From Candidatus Bathyarchaeota archaeon (GTDB taxonomy: Archaea; Thermoproteota; Bathyarchaeia; Bathyarchaeales; Bathycorpusculaceae), in the NCBI GenBank assembly GCA_963770935.1, contig CAVYRJ010000014.1, positions 1 through 64,000 on the forward strand: a stretch of 64,000 nucleotides of DNA, read 5' to 3'. Shown here piece by piece: positions 41,104-50,767 of this stretch (position 1 is its first letter; the number at the start of each line of letters is the position of its first letter). The position numbers and the translations under genes were made by a program. The notes under the pieces are model-generated. The model was given only the letters and a program-made list of their open reading frames with translations. It was not told the DNA's origin and did no database searches.

Positions 41104-41277
41104 CTATTCAAGTTCTTCACTTGAAACAAGAATTGTGGGGTACTGTTTTGAAACCCCTGATTTGTCACCTGTTTTATTATGGCCTTCCCTACATCTCATT
41201 CCGTATCTTGTTTTAGTTGCATTTTCCCAAACTTTTTCAGTTGATCCACCACATATTGGGCACTTAAAATTTTTCAT
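41104..41277 (-). CDS. 57-aa zinc-ribbon microprotein (below ORF-track cutoff)
   Basis: MKNFKCPICGGSTEKVWENATKTRYGMRCREGH...; GGTGA RBS upstream. Confidence 0.7.
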   Translation of the reverse strand: MKNFKCPICGGSTEKVWENATKTRYGMRCREGHNKTGDKSGVSKQYPTILVSSEELE

Positions 41278-41514
41278 TTATTTTCACCAAAACCAAAAAA
41301 GTCAAAAGTAAATAAGTCGTTGCTGTGTTTTCCCAAGTTCTTCCGCTCTGTATGTGTATTGTTGGCTTGTTTCTTTAAGCCTTCCTATCGGTTTTTCCTT
41401 CTTCTTTGTGAGAAGCTCTCCTTTCTCCTCAAATAAAGAAATCGCATCTAAGGGTTAAAAGGCATATTTCAGAGTTGGAATATATCAAAATCTATTTTTC
41501 ACTTAAATTTTAGC

Positions 41515-41661
41515 TTAAGTTATAGTTCTGTATTGTGTTTTTGAACGTGAAAATGATTTACTGCAACAACCACAAACATATGCTTCAAGAATAAATAAAT
41601 GATTACTTAATAACCTGGCAGGTTTCGCTATTTCTCTACCACAATTAAGACACTTAGCCAC
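41515..41661 (-). CDS. 48-aa zinc-ribbon microprotein (below ORF-track cutoff)
   Basis: GTG start; MAKCLNCGREIAKPARLLSNHLFILEAYVCGCCSKSFSRSKTQYRTIT. Confidence 0.65.
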   Translation of the reverse strand: MAKCLNCGREIAKPARLLSNHLFILEAYVCGCCSKSFSRSKTQYRTIT

Positions 41662-41982
41662 ACGTCAACCCTACCCCATTTGAATTAAGGATAAAAACTC
41701 ATGTGACTACAAAAGGAAACAACAAGTCCCAGTCGAGCAAGTATCTGGAAAACTTTTTCACTCTTTCCTTTTTTATGTTTCTAGATCTAGCTATTTTTAG
41801 TTAAATATTGGCAGTTATTTGAATAAAGCAAAACTCAAAATTACACGTTTCGGGCACTCAATGTAAGACAAATTAAGAACAAAGTGCTATATAATTTAGG
41901 TGAATGTTTTGCGTAAACAACACAGACCAGAAGGAATGACAACCTCCCCAAACAAGGGCAGTATAGCAAGAAAAGCAAATGC

Positions 41983-42042
41983 CGCCAATCGTTCGAGACA
42001 GAAGCAAGCCAACGCCAATCGTTCGAGACAGACCCAAGCCGA
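41983..42042 (+). repeat. 30-bp tandem duplication
   Basis: CGCCAATCGTTCGAGACAGAAGCAAGCCAA / CGCCAATCGTTCGAGACAGACCCAAGCCGA. Confidence 0.85.
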
Positions 42043-42199
42043 CAATTCAAGGAAGTAAAACAGCTTTTAGCAAAATACCAAAAACATCATAGTTGAATGT
42101 AAACATTCGTCTGTGTCTTGTTTGCGGGTTACTGTCAAGTCGGTGCGTCCTAACAGTAAATTCAGAGAAAAGTACACATCAACTATTTACTATTATTAG

Positions 42200-42406
42200 T
42201 TAGTTTTTGGGTGTCTCTTCATTTGAAATGGGTAAAAACGTCTCAATTCTTTTGTTGGTTTTTTGATTTTTCTTTTGGACCTCTTTGAGTCTATATTTGG
42301 AGTCTGTTTTGGGTGTTAAGCTATATGTTTTGGATTTTTTTGTTGTCATTTCTTTTCTGCCTCTAAAAATTTTTTGATTCGAAGAATTTGATTTCTTATC
42401 GGGCAT
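42200..42406 (-). CDS. small Lys-rich hypothetical protein
   Basis: ORF; more likely start is the internal MTTKKSK after AGAGG. Confidence 0.4.
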   Translation of the reverse strand: MPDKKSNSSNQKIFRGRKEMTTKKSKTYSLTPKTDSKYRLKEVQKKNQKTNKRIETFLPISNEETPKN

Positions 42407-42514
42407 GGAAACATTGTTTCCATTAATCCCTTATCTGAGGTGGTAGTGTATAAGCAGTTTTCGGTTTCGTATATTTCGCAGGGCGGAGGGGATTAAATTT
42501 TAAATAAAAAAATT

Positions 42515-42727
42515 CTATGGCGTGGAAATAGTCAAATAGTTGTTGTTCATTTTGCATGACAACTCTCGTTTTCTTACAAATAGTGCAATTGCGTGGCGGT
42601 CATAATCGCCTCTAATCTGCAATCTATATCTGTCTGGTTCTTTGTGTTCAATAAGAACTAACTTGGGATTAACAAGTTTGTTAGCTCCTAATTCATTTAA
42701 TAAAACTGTTGCCTCTTCCTTCTTCAT
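42515..42727 (-). CDS. hypothetical protein
   Basis: 70-aa ORF with alpha/beta pattern. Confidence 0.6.
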   Translation of the reverse strand: MKKEEATVLLNELGANKLVNPKLVLIEHKEPDRYRLQIRGDYDRHAIALFVRKRELSCKMNNNYLTISTP

Positions 42728-42930
42728 GTGCTTTTCCCCATGTCGACAATGAGCAGTACAAGATTAAGATTATGCAATTGGATCAAAAAACTAATGGATT
42801 GATTCTGGCAAAAGAAAGTACATGTGGCTGACCTGACCCAAGTCTTTTTTTTAAATAAATTTTAAGCGCAAAAGCAAGCGATACAAAGGCTTAAAACGCC
42901 ACTCTGGCAATATATTTTCTGACAGCGATC

Positions 42931-43377
42931 ATGTATATGATTAAAAAAGTTAACTTGAAACCCATCAATCCTAGCACAATACCTATAACAAAAAGGGCAT
43001 ACAATACATTTTCTATTACACTTTTCTTAGATAACGCGCCTGAAGACGATTGGAAGGGAATTTTCACAGAAGAAGTACAAAGTTTCTTTCAACCGCCTGC
43101 ATCCCCAAAAAGGCAAGGTTTGGCAAATCCCCTCCCCCAAACAACCTATCAAGTTGATTTAGGAGAGGAAACAATTAAACTAATTACGAATTTGGATAAC
43201 TTCCAAAAAGACATCAAAACAGTTATGCGGTTAGTGGAAAGGGTAAACGATAGAGTTGATAAACAAAATTTAGAAGCAAAACATAGAAAGCAAGCAGAAA
43301 AAATGGAGTCTGAAAGAAACCAAAAACTCATAGAGGAAATGCGGGAATCTTTAAGGAAAAATCCGCCAACGCTCTAA
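42931..43377 (+). CDS. hypothetical protein with C-terminal coiled coil
   Basis: 148-aa ORF downstream of CTTAAA box. Confidence 0.65.
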   Translation: MYMIKKVNLKPINPSTIPITKRAYNTFSITLFLDNAPEDDWKGIFTEEVQSFFQPPASPKRQGLANPLPQTTYQVDLGEETIKLITNLDNFQKDIKTVMRLVERVNDRVDKQNLEAKHRKQAEKMESERNQKLIEEMRESLRKNPPTL

Positions 43378-43528
43378 TAGTCTAACATCCATAACTTCCG
43401 CCAAGGGGTAATGGCTTACTTAATTTTTTTTCTTGAATGGTTAGAATTTAAGAAATTTAGAAACCTTAGCTTATTTTACAAAATTGGAAAACTAATAAAT
43501 TAGGAAATGAAGTATCTTGGTCAAAAGA

Positions 43529-43909
43529 CTATACAAAAATCTTTGATCTTGTGGATATATATGGAGCTACTTGTGGTATTTTGTTGTCGGCTACCATATT
43601 CTTACATATTAAGTTGAGTGAGTTTTCAGTGAAGCTCAGACAGTCTTTTCCTTTGTTAGTTAGATTGTATACTTTTCGTGGTCTTTCTGCATCCATGTTC
43701 CATACGCTCTTTACGTAGCCTTTCTTTTCTAGCAGTCCCAATAAGGGGTAGACGGTGCTTGGTCCAAAATAAACGCCAAAACCCTTGCGGATCGTAGTTA
43801 TAAGCTGGTATCCGTGCATTGATTCGTGTTCTAAATATTGGAGAATAATCATATCTAAGAGGCCCTTAGTGAGTTTTGTTTGGGCTTCTTTTTGATTGTT
43901 AATGTTCAT
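43529..43909 (-). CDS. PadR-family transcriptional regulator
   Basis: KGLLDMIIL, MHGYQL, GPSTVYPLL..LEKKG, RPRKVYNLTNKG. Confidence 0.93.
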   Translation of the reverse strand: MNINNQKEAQTKLTKGLLDMIILQYLEHESMHGYQLITTIRKGFGVYFGPSTVYPLLGLLEKKGYVKSVWNMDAERPRKVYNLTNKGKDCLSFTENSLNLICKNMVADNKIPQVAPYISTRSKIFV

Positions 43910-44319
43910 TTTCTAAGTTTCGCTCCTGATGTTGTGTTGTTAAGGTGCAAAATGTCTTACAAAGACACATCTCTTACGTCTTCATAGTGCGTAAAGTGCC
44001 AGATAAACTCTCGCACATAACCAAAGCATACTAAAACGTCTCATGCAACCTAACTGTCCAACACCAGAACAAGTCAATACGTAAAATATATCTTAAAAAC
44101 ATTATTTCAATCACATGATTCACTTAAAGGGAACTGTACAACAGATAAACAGAAAACTCCCCAAGCTCAAGGCGGGAATGAGCATCTGATATGAAGTACG
44201 ATTCCCTTCCCCGTTAGGGTAAAAGAGGGTGTTTATTTTTTCCCAAGATTCTATATGTAGCAAATCAATAGTTTGAAATAACTCCAAATACGGCTCAAAA
44301 ATAGCCATAACTGGTAAAT

Positions 44320-44430
44320 TGGCGCCGGGAGGGGGATTTGAACCCCCGTGGCCCCGAGAGGCCACAAGCTAATTGGTGCCCCCAAAGAGCATCTCCAGGC
44401 TTGCTCCCTGCCTGGCTAGGAGACCCCGGC
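44320..44430 (-). tRNA. tRNA-Ser(GGA) with 22-nt intron at 37/38 (44371-44392), CCA encoded
   Basis: GCCGGGG acceptor, CAAGC-CTGGAG/intron/A-GCTTG, long variable arm, TTCAAAT, GCCA; bulge-helix-bulge around intron. Confidence 0.93.
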
Positions 44431-44630
44431 ACAAACTTGACCTATGGTTGGTTTGCACCTTTTCTCTGACCTTTGCAGAATTTAAAGCTTTATTGAACTG
44501 AAGAAAATTTATCTTTATTTAATTGTGCAAACACACAAACATATCTGTTAATTTTATGAGCATTTATTTATTTCATCCGAGTCTATAACAATTTAAAAGC
44601 TAAATAGAATTTAGCGGTCAGCGAACGAAA

Positions 44631-45299
44631 ATGAACAGAAAGAAATTGATGCTGTTGGCGATAGGTTTAGCCATTTTAATTGCATCATCGGGATTAGCGG
44701 CGTTTTACATGTCCACACAGAATAATCCAAAAGACGGTAAAATTCGGGTTGCGTGCGTCGGCGATAGCATCACGGAAGGAACCTATTATCCAATAGATCT
44801 TGAGATTCTGCTTGGCACAAACTATTCTGTAGGCAACTTTGGAGTCGGTGGTTCTGCAGTCTCTTTGGACTCTGGGAAACCATACATGAATGAGGACGCA
44901 TTTCAAGGAGCCAAAGCATTTCAACCCAATATTGTTCTCATCATGCTGGGAGCAAACGACGCTTCCCCACTTAACAGTCCAAGCAACGACAGCTTTGTTG
45001 AGGGATACGTGCAGTTGATTGGAGCATTTCAGATGCTTTCAAGCAAACCCAAAATGTACATTGTGAAGCCGCCGCCAGTTTTCAGCGATGAAACGGGACT
45101 AAATCCTGAATTTTTCTTAAAAAACATAATTCCAAACATTGAAAAGGTAGCAGAGCAAACTAATTTGCCAATAATTGATGTGTACTCGGCTTTAGCTAAT
45201 AACTCGAATTTATTCCCGGATGGAGTCCACCCAAACGCTGAGGGTGCACAATTAATTGCCAACACTATTTACCAAGCAATAACCCAGCACCCAAATTAG
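44631..45299 (+). CDS. SGNH/GDSL esterase with N-terminal signal or anchor
   Basis: CVGDSITEG, NFGVGG, LGANDA, DGVHPN. Confidence 0.93.
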   Translation: MNRKKLMLLAIGLAILIASSGLAAFYMSTQNNPKDGKIRVACVGDSITEGTYYPIDLEILLGTNYSVGNFGVGGSAVSLDSGKPYMNEDAFQGAKAFQPNIVLIMLGANDASPLNSPSNDSFVEGYVQLIGAFQMLSSKPKMYIVKPPPVFSDETGLNPEFFLKNIIPNIEKVAEQTNLPIIDVYSALANNSNLFPDGVHPNAEGAQLIANTIYQAITQHPN

Positions 45300-45422
45300 C
45301 TATTCAGGATTTAACATGTAATTCTTCCAGAGTAGTCTTGTAGAATCATGGAATAATTTAAAATAACTCTTCTTGTTTATATCAGAGAAACACGTAAAGA
45401 AAACACGCAAGGAAGAAATGAC

Positions 45423-45632
45423 ATGAGCGAAGAAGGCGACACATTTTGGGTCTCTTTAGCTGAAAGACTCTTCGGATTACTCCTTATAGTAATTGGGGCA
45501 ATAATGATCTATTTCACAGCAACAAGCTCTGACTCTGCCGCTTTAGGCGGATTTAGCGTGCTATTTGGTGCCCTAAGCGTTATACTTGTGATCTTGGGCA
45601 TTTTCATGTTTCTCGTTAAACCGCCCCAATAG
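45423..45632 (+). CDS. small two-TM membrane protein
   Basis: Two hydrophobic helices. Confidence 0.7.
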   Translation: MSEEGDTFWVSLAERLFGLLLIVIGAIMIYFTATSSDSAALGGFSVLFGALSVILVILGIFMFLVKPPQ

Positions 45633-45636
45633 ATTT

Positions 45637-45954
45637 CTATTCTCTTCTTTCAACTACAATTCGGCAATTGGCAACTAAAGCAGCGACAACACCTAAAGCC
45701 GCCAACCAAGGAGCCACAATCACTCCAACCACACCAACCGTTGCAGGAATCTCAAGCAAAGTTTTACCTACTTCATTCTTAACAATTACACGCGTCACAT
45801 TTCCCTCATGCAACAATTCCCCAACGCGGTCAACAAGATTTTTTCCCGAAACAGTGAATTCTTCGCGTGTGAACTTGGGAACGGCTGCACCACAAACCGT
45901 ACAAAACTTGTCATTTTCCTTTATTAGAGCGCCACACTTAACACAATAAGGCAA
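45637..45954 (-). CDS. zinc-ribbon + DUF4342 protein
   Basis: PYCVKCG..FCTVCG; LLHEGNVTRVIVK..LLEIPATVGVVG..APWLAALG; TTG start inferred. Confidence 0.8.
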   Translation of the reverse strand: MPYCVKCGALIKENDKFCTVCGAAVPKFTREEFTVSGKNLVDRVGELLHEGNVTRVIVKNEVGKTLLEIPATVGVVGVIVAPWLAALGVVAALVANCRIVVERRE

Positions 45955-46106
45955 ATCAATCACCAACCAGAAAAACACATCAACAAAATAAAAACCTTAC
46001 CAACAAAGCAAAACTATACAAACCAGATGCAATAAAATGAGTATTTATTAATCAACACTCATAACAAATCAAACTAACTATCAATTGTTGAGGGAGAAAA
46101 AACTAA

Positions 46107-47891
46107 ATGCCCACGCGCCAACCAATCGTATGCGTTCTTGGTCACGTAGATACAGGTAAAACCTCGTTGCTTGATGAGCTTAGAAAAACCAGTGTTCAAG
46201 CACGCGAAGCCGGTGGAATGACTCAGCATATTGGCGCAAGTTTTTTCCCAGTTGAAACTCTCAAACAACTCATTGGATCATACATCTCAAACTTTAAAAC
46301 TGGAATCGAGATTCCTGGTTTGTTAATCGTTGATACTCCTGGGCATGAAGCGTTCACGAATTTAAGGCGCCGAGGCGGAAGTGTCGCTGATATAGCCATT
46401 CTTGTCGTGGACATCTTGAAGGGCTTTGAAGCGCAAACGTTGGAATGCATTGAAATTCTAAAAGCTCGCAAAACACCCTTCATTGTTGCAGTCAACAAAA
46501 TCGACCGCATTCCAGGCTGGAAACCCCAGCAATCCACACCCTTCCTAAAATCCTTTGGTATGCAGAATAGTTTTGTGCAGGAAGATTTCAACAACCGCCT
46601 CTACCAAGTTATGGGTGAATTCAGCCGCTTAAACTTCAAAACCGACCGCTTCGACCATATCCGCGACTTCACCATTAACATTGCACTTGTGCCTACCAGC
46701 GCCAAAACCGGTGAAGGCTTATCCGAATTAGTTATGGTTCTAGTTGGATTAACTCAGCAGTTCCTAAAGAAGCGGCTGCAAACCACAGATGGCGCAGCAA
46801 AAGGGTCCATTCTCGAAGTTAAAGAGGAACCAGGTTTAGGATTAACGTTAAACGCGATTGTTTATGATGGCACATTGCATAGAGATGATTTGATTGTTGT
46901 CGGGGGCAAAAACGGGCCAATTTCGGCGCGTGTGCGAACGATTTTGGTTCCTAAACCGCTTGATGAGATGCGTGACCCACGCGACAAATTTACCAGTGTT
47001 GAGTGTGTTTATGCAAGTGCAGGTGTGAAAATTGTTGCGCCCGATTTGGATGGGGCTTTGGCTGGAGCACCTTTGTTTGCTGTACCCGAAGGTGAAGACG
47101 TTGGCAAATACTGTAATCTCATCACGGAAGAAATCGGCAGAATCAGGATTACAAAGGAAATCGACGGAGTAATAGTAAAAGCTGACACTTTAGGTTCACT
47201 TGAGGCTATGGCTGAGATTTTAAAGGCCAACAATGTCCAAGTACGGATCGCCGATATTGGCGACATTAGCAAACGTGACGTCATCGAGGCTTCGGTTGTG
47301 AAGACGCGTCAACCCTTAGTTGGTGCAATCCTGGCTTTTGGGGTTAGAGTACTGCCTGATGCTGAAATTGAAGCTGAAGCAAACGGCGTAAAAATCTTCA
47401 AAGACCCAATCATCTACAACCTAATCGATAACTATCTGGAGTGGGCAAAGAATAAGCGGGAAGCTAAAAGCGAAGCAGAGTTTGAAGCGCTTGTTAAACC
47501 AGGAAAACTCACTGTGCTGCCAAACTGCATTTTCCGACGTGCCAAACCAGTTGTTCTGGGTGTGGAGGTGTTAGGTGGTAGAATAAAACCCAAAGTTTCG
47601 CTTTTGCGTGCAGAAGATAACTCAGATTTAGGTGATGTGGATCAGATTCAAGATCAAGGCAAAGCAGTCGGAGAAGCTAAAGTGGGGATGCAAGTGGCGA
47701 TTTCTATGGATAAACCCGTTGCAGGAAGACATGTGTTCGAACGAGATGTTTTGTACGTGAAGGTACCTGAGGCGGACGCGAAAAAACTTTTAACATCACA
47801 CATGGATGATTTGACTGGTGAAGAGCAAGAACTTCTCAAGGAATTCGTAGCATTTATGCGTAAGAAGACACTGTTCTGGGCTGGAGTTTAG
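46107..47891 (+). CDS. infB: translation initiation factor aIF5B (IF-2)
   Basis: RQPIVCVLGHVDTGKT, TQHIGA, DTPGHEAF, NKID, KADTLGSLEA. Confidence 0.98.
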   Translation: MPTRQPIVCVLGHVDTGKTSLLDELRKTSVQAREAGGMTQHIGASFFPVETLKQLIGSYISNFKTGIEIPGLLIVDTPGHEAFTNLRRRGGSVADIAILVVDILKGFEAQTLECIEILKARKTPFIVAVNKIDRIPGWKPQQSTPFLKSFGMQNSFVQEDFNNRLYQVMGEFSRLNFKTDRFDHIRDFTINIALVPTSAKTGEGLSELVMVLVGLTQQFLKKRLQTTDGAAKGSILEVKEEPGLGLTLNAIVYDGTLHRDDLIVVGGKNGPISARVRTILVPKPLDEMRDPRDKFTSVECVYASAGVKIVAPDLDGALAGAPLFAVPEGEDVGKYCNLITEEIGRIRITKEIDGVIVKADTLGSLEAMAEILKANNVQVRIADIGDISKRDVIEASVVKTRQPLVGAILAFGVRVLPDAEIEAEANGVKIFKDPIIYNLIDNYLEWAKNKREAKSEAEFEALVKPGKLTVLPNCIFRRAKPVVLGVEVLGGRIKPKVSLLRAEDNSDLGDVDQIQDQGKAVGEAKVGMQVAISMDKPVAGRHVFERDVLYVKVPEADAKKLLTSHMDDLTGEEQELLKEFVAFMRKKTLFWAGV

Positions 47892-47920
47892 CCCCTTAGC
47901 TTCTTCTTGTTAAAGACAAA

Positions 47921-48232
47921 TTAGCCACCGCCGACAGGTGGAAGAATTGCTAGAACATTACCATCCTTTAGCTCCGTTTCGAGCCCATTGAGTGTTGAGG
48001 TGCTTGTTCCATTGACGAGGAACTGGAGAAAACCTTTGGGGTGACCTGTTTCGTTATTGTAGACATAGTCGGTGAAGGGGTTGCCGTATTTTTTGGAAAG
48101 AGTTTTGAGAATCAAATCCACAGTGACCTTTTCACTGTTTGGAAAAAATAGTGTTTCCTCTCGTTTGTCCACGATTTCTCTTAGACTGGTGAAGAAGCGA
48201 ACTTTAATTTCCACTTTTGACACTTCAAGCAA
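47921..48232 (-). CDS. MoaD/ThiS/SAMP ubiquitin-like protein
   Basis: KVRFFTSLRE ... LKDG..AILPPVGGG C-terminal GG. Confidence 0.9.
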   Translation of the reverse strand: MLEVSKVEIKVRFFTSLREIVDKREETLFFPNSEKVTVDLILKTLSKKYGNPFTDYVYNNETGHPKGFLQFLVNGTSTSTLNGLETELKDGNVLAILPPVGGG

Positions 48233-48341
48233 TTAATAGAAAAATGGAGGAAATTAACTATTATGCAATTTGGGATAGAAAAATTAGAAAGAAACCTTTA
48301 ACATAACTATTAAAAAAGGGAATTGGTAGAAGGCTTGGACA

Positions 48342-49109
48342 ATGAAGTTGAGTTTGTCTAATGGGATTTTCAGCAAACTGCGTTTGGATAGGAACTTTGC
48401 CGCTGTTAACCAGCTTGGATTCGAGAACATTGAGTTTAATATGAAATCGATCAAGAAAGAACATGACACGGACGTTTACCGTGAAAAAGAAGCACTATCT
48501 GCATCGGGCTTGAATTGTTTAACACTTCACTCGGCAGTTCTACATGTCAAAGACCCTATCGAAGTCCATCAGGCGGTTTACTATGGAAAAATCTCACTCG
48601 AATGTGCTCGTGCACTACATGCATCTCTGATGACTGTGCATTCGAATGTTTCAAAGAAAATGCCTAAACCGGTCAGGGAGAGATGTTTGAAGGAAGTTTT
48701 TGGGCAAATCACTCCTTTTGCCAAACAACTGGGCATCAAGTTGTCTTTAGAGAATCTGTCTTATACCTCGACGGGGTTTGGAAAGAACGTCGAGCAGCTT
48801 GAAGAAGTACTGAATATAATCGACCCTGAAGATGAAATGGGGATAACGTTTGATTTGTGCCATGCATTGGAAACCAAAGAAGTGGATAATTTGCTGGAAG
48901 CTTATGGCAAACGCGTTTGCAATGTTCACATGGCAAACAAATCCCATAAACCTTTTACAGAAGAAGCTCCAGAACTGACATCCTTCCTAGCTAAGATGCA
49001 TGAATTTGGCTATAATGGTCCAATAACTCTTGAATTAATACACAACACACCCATGGAAGAAATCGCCAAAACCAAAGCCCTATTCGAAAAAATACTAACG
49101 AAATATTGA
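48342..49109 (+). CDS. sugar-phosphate isomerase/AP-endonuclease-2 family TIM barrel
   Basis: LENL, TFDLCHA, NVH, GYNGPITLE metal ligands. Confidence 0.85.
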   Translation: MKLSLSNGIFSKLRLDRNFAAVNQLGFENIEFNMKSIKKEHDTDVYREKEALSASGLNCLTLHSAVLHVKDPIEVHQAVYYGKISLECARALHASLMTVHSNVSKKMPKPVRERCLKEVFGQITPFAKQLGIKLSLENLSYTSTGFGKNVEQLEEVLNIIDPEDEMGITFDLCHALETKEVDNLLEAYGKRVCNVHMANKSHKPFTEEAPELTSFLAKMHEFGYNGPITLELIHNTPMEEIAKTKALFEKILTKY

Positions 49110-49124
49110 GCGCTTTTCTTTAAG

Positions 49125-49979
49125 CTACTTTTTGAAACTTACCGCTGCGTACCCAACTACGCTTGAGTTGTCGCCTGTGATGTCGCCGCTGTTATGGTAG
49201 CTTAAGAGCTTGGCTTCTTTTGCGCATATGCCTTGGGCGTAAGTGATTAAGGATGTAATTGGCGCGTAGCCGCATGCAGTGATGTTTTGGGCTTCAACAG
49301 TTTGATAGAAACTTTTTGCGTCCATATTTATTACGGCTTTGAGAGCTAAGTGGTCTTTTTCTGCGGCAACATTAGCTGGTTCATAGTGAGTCATGTCAGA
49401 TGAGGCAATAACGACCGAGTTAGTTGCATCTAAAGCTTCAACTAGAGCTCGTCCAACTTCGACGGCAGAGTCGTAATCTTGCATTAAGAAACATATTGGG
49501 ACGATTTTGAATGCGTTGCCGTAAAGAAACTGGAGAAAGGGAAGTTGAACTTCAAGAGAGTGCTCGTATTTGTGAGCTGTTTCATCCACATCAATGATTT
49601 TGGTTTCATTGAGTATCGCATCAGCTAATGCACCATCGATTTCGACGTCGCCAAGCGGCGTTCGCCAAACGCCCTCCCGCATCAACGCTAACGCGCTACC
49701 GTAGCCTGTGTGGTTGGGACCCAAAAGAACAACCGTGTCAGGTTTGCCATCTTGGGCTAACTCGTTAAAAGCATGTGCCGCTACAGGACCAGAATACATG
49801 TAGCCTGCGTGTGGGCAAATCAAGCCTACGATTCGTCGCGGGTGAATATGAAAATTGGTTTGGGGAATTTTTTTTGGACCAAGTGTATGGAGGAAACAAG
49901 CGCTGATTTGTGCTCTGAGCGCTTCGGCGTTGCCCTCATAAAATTGAGAAGCTACATTTGGACGCCGAATTGTCGGCAA
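49125..49979 (-). CDS. MEMO1 family protein
   Basis: PHAGYMYSG, GPNHTG, EHSLEVQLPFLQ, ASSDMTHY, CG, VVGYAA. Confidence 0.95.
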   Translation of the reverse strand: MPTIRRPNVASQFYEGNAEALRAQISACFLHTLGPKKIPQTNFHIHPRRIVGLICPHAGYMYSGPVAAHAFNELAQDGKPDTVVLLGPNHTGYGSALALMREGVWRTPLGDVEIDGALADAILNETKIIDVDETAHKYEHSLEVQLPFLQFLYGNAFKIVPICFLMQDYDSAVEVGRALVEALDATNSVVIASSDMTHYEPANVAAEKDHLALKAVINMDAKSFYQTVEAQNITACGYAPITSLITYAQGICAKEAKLLSYHNSGDITGDNSSVVGYAAVSFKK

Positions 49980-49985
49980 AAAATT

Positions 49986-50750
49986 TTAGGGCTCCTCTTC
50001 CTCTTCGCGTGTCACTTTAGCTTCAAAGTCTTCTATGGTTACTGGTGGATCGCGGTCTGGACCAAGTTCGCCTCTTTCACGGAGCACTTGTCTTGCGAGT
50101 AGCCAGAAGACGACTGCTAGTGCGCGTCTGCCTTTGTTGTTGGTTGGAATGACTAGGTCTACGCCTGCAAACTCGTTGTCTGTGCTGCATAGGGCGACAA
50201 TTGGGATGCCGACTTTGGATGCTTCTTTGACTGCTTGTGCGTCTGCTCTTGGGTCGCAGACAAGGATTACTTCGGGGTCTATGCGGCTTGAGTACTGTGG
50301 ATTGGAGAGTTGTCCGGGGATGAATCTGCCGATGAGCGGTGTTGCGCCTGTTAGTTTGCAGAACATTTTGACTGGTTCGTGGGCGTAAAGCCTGGTGGCT
50401 GCTACTGCTACGCGTGCTGGTTCATAACGTGAGAGGAATTTTCCTGTAACTCTGATTCGGTCATCTGTCTTCTTAACATCCAAAACAAATAAGCCGTCTG
50501 GGCGTACGCGGTAGATGAATGGCTCCATGTCGAGGGTTTTCATCCTGGTTCCGATGTGGATGCCTGCAGAAAGCAGGGTGTCTCTGGGTAAAAGAAGAGT
50601 TTCTTCTGGAGCTTGCGCTTGCTGAGTTTCTACTTCAGCTTCAGACTCAGTACTAACGTTTTCAGTTGTTTCTTCTTCCAAAGGAGCCTCTAATGCTTCC
50701 TCTTGTTGGTCTTCAACTGGTTGATTTTCTTTTCCTTCATCTTCAGACAT
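49986..50750 (-). CDS. rps2: 30S ribosomal protein uS2 with acidic N-terminal extension
   Basis: LSAGIHIGT, GRFIPG, PTNNKGRRAL. Confidence 0.97.
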   Translation of the reverse strand: MSEDEGKENQPVEDQQEEALEAPLEEETTENVSTESEAEVETQQAQAPEETLLLPRDTLLSAGIHIGTRMKTLDMEPFIYRVRPDGLFVLDVKKTDDRIRVTGKFLSRYEPARVAVAATRLYAHEPVKMFCKLTGATPLIGRFIPGQLSNPQYSSRIDPEVILVCDPRADAQAVKEASKVGIPIVALCSTDNEFAGVDLVIPTNNKGRRALAVVFWLLARQVLRERGELGPDRDPPVTIEDFEAKVTREEEEEP

Positions 50751-50767
50751 TATTTTTTCATCTTCTC

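Noticed and set aside
41983-42042. CRISPR array
   Set aside because: Only two 30-bp units in direct tandem with no spacers, and no cas genes in the window
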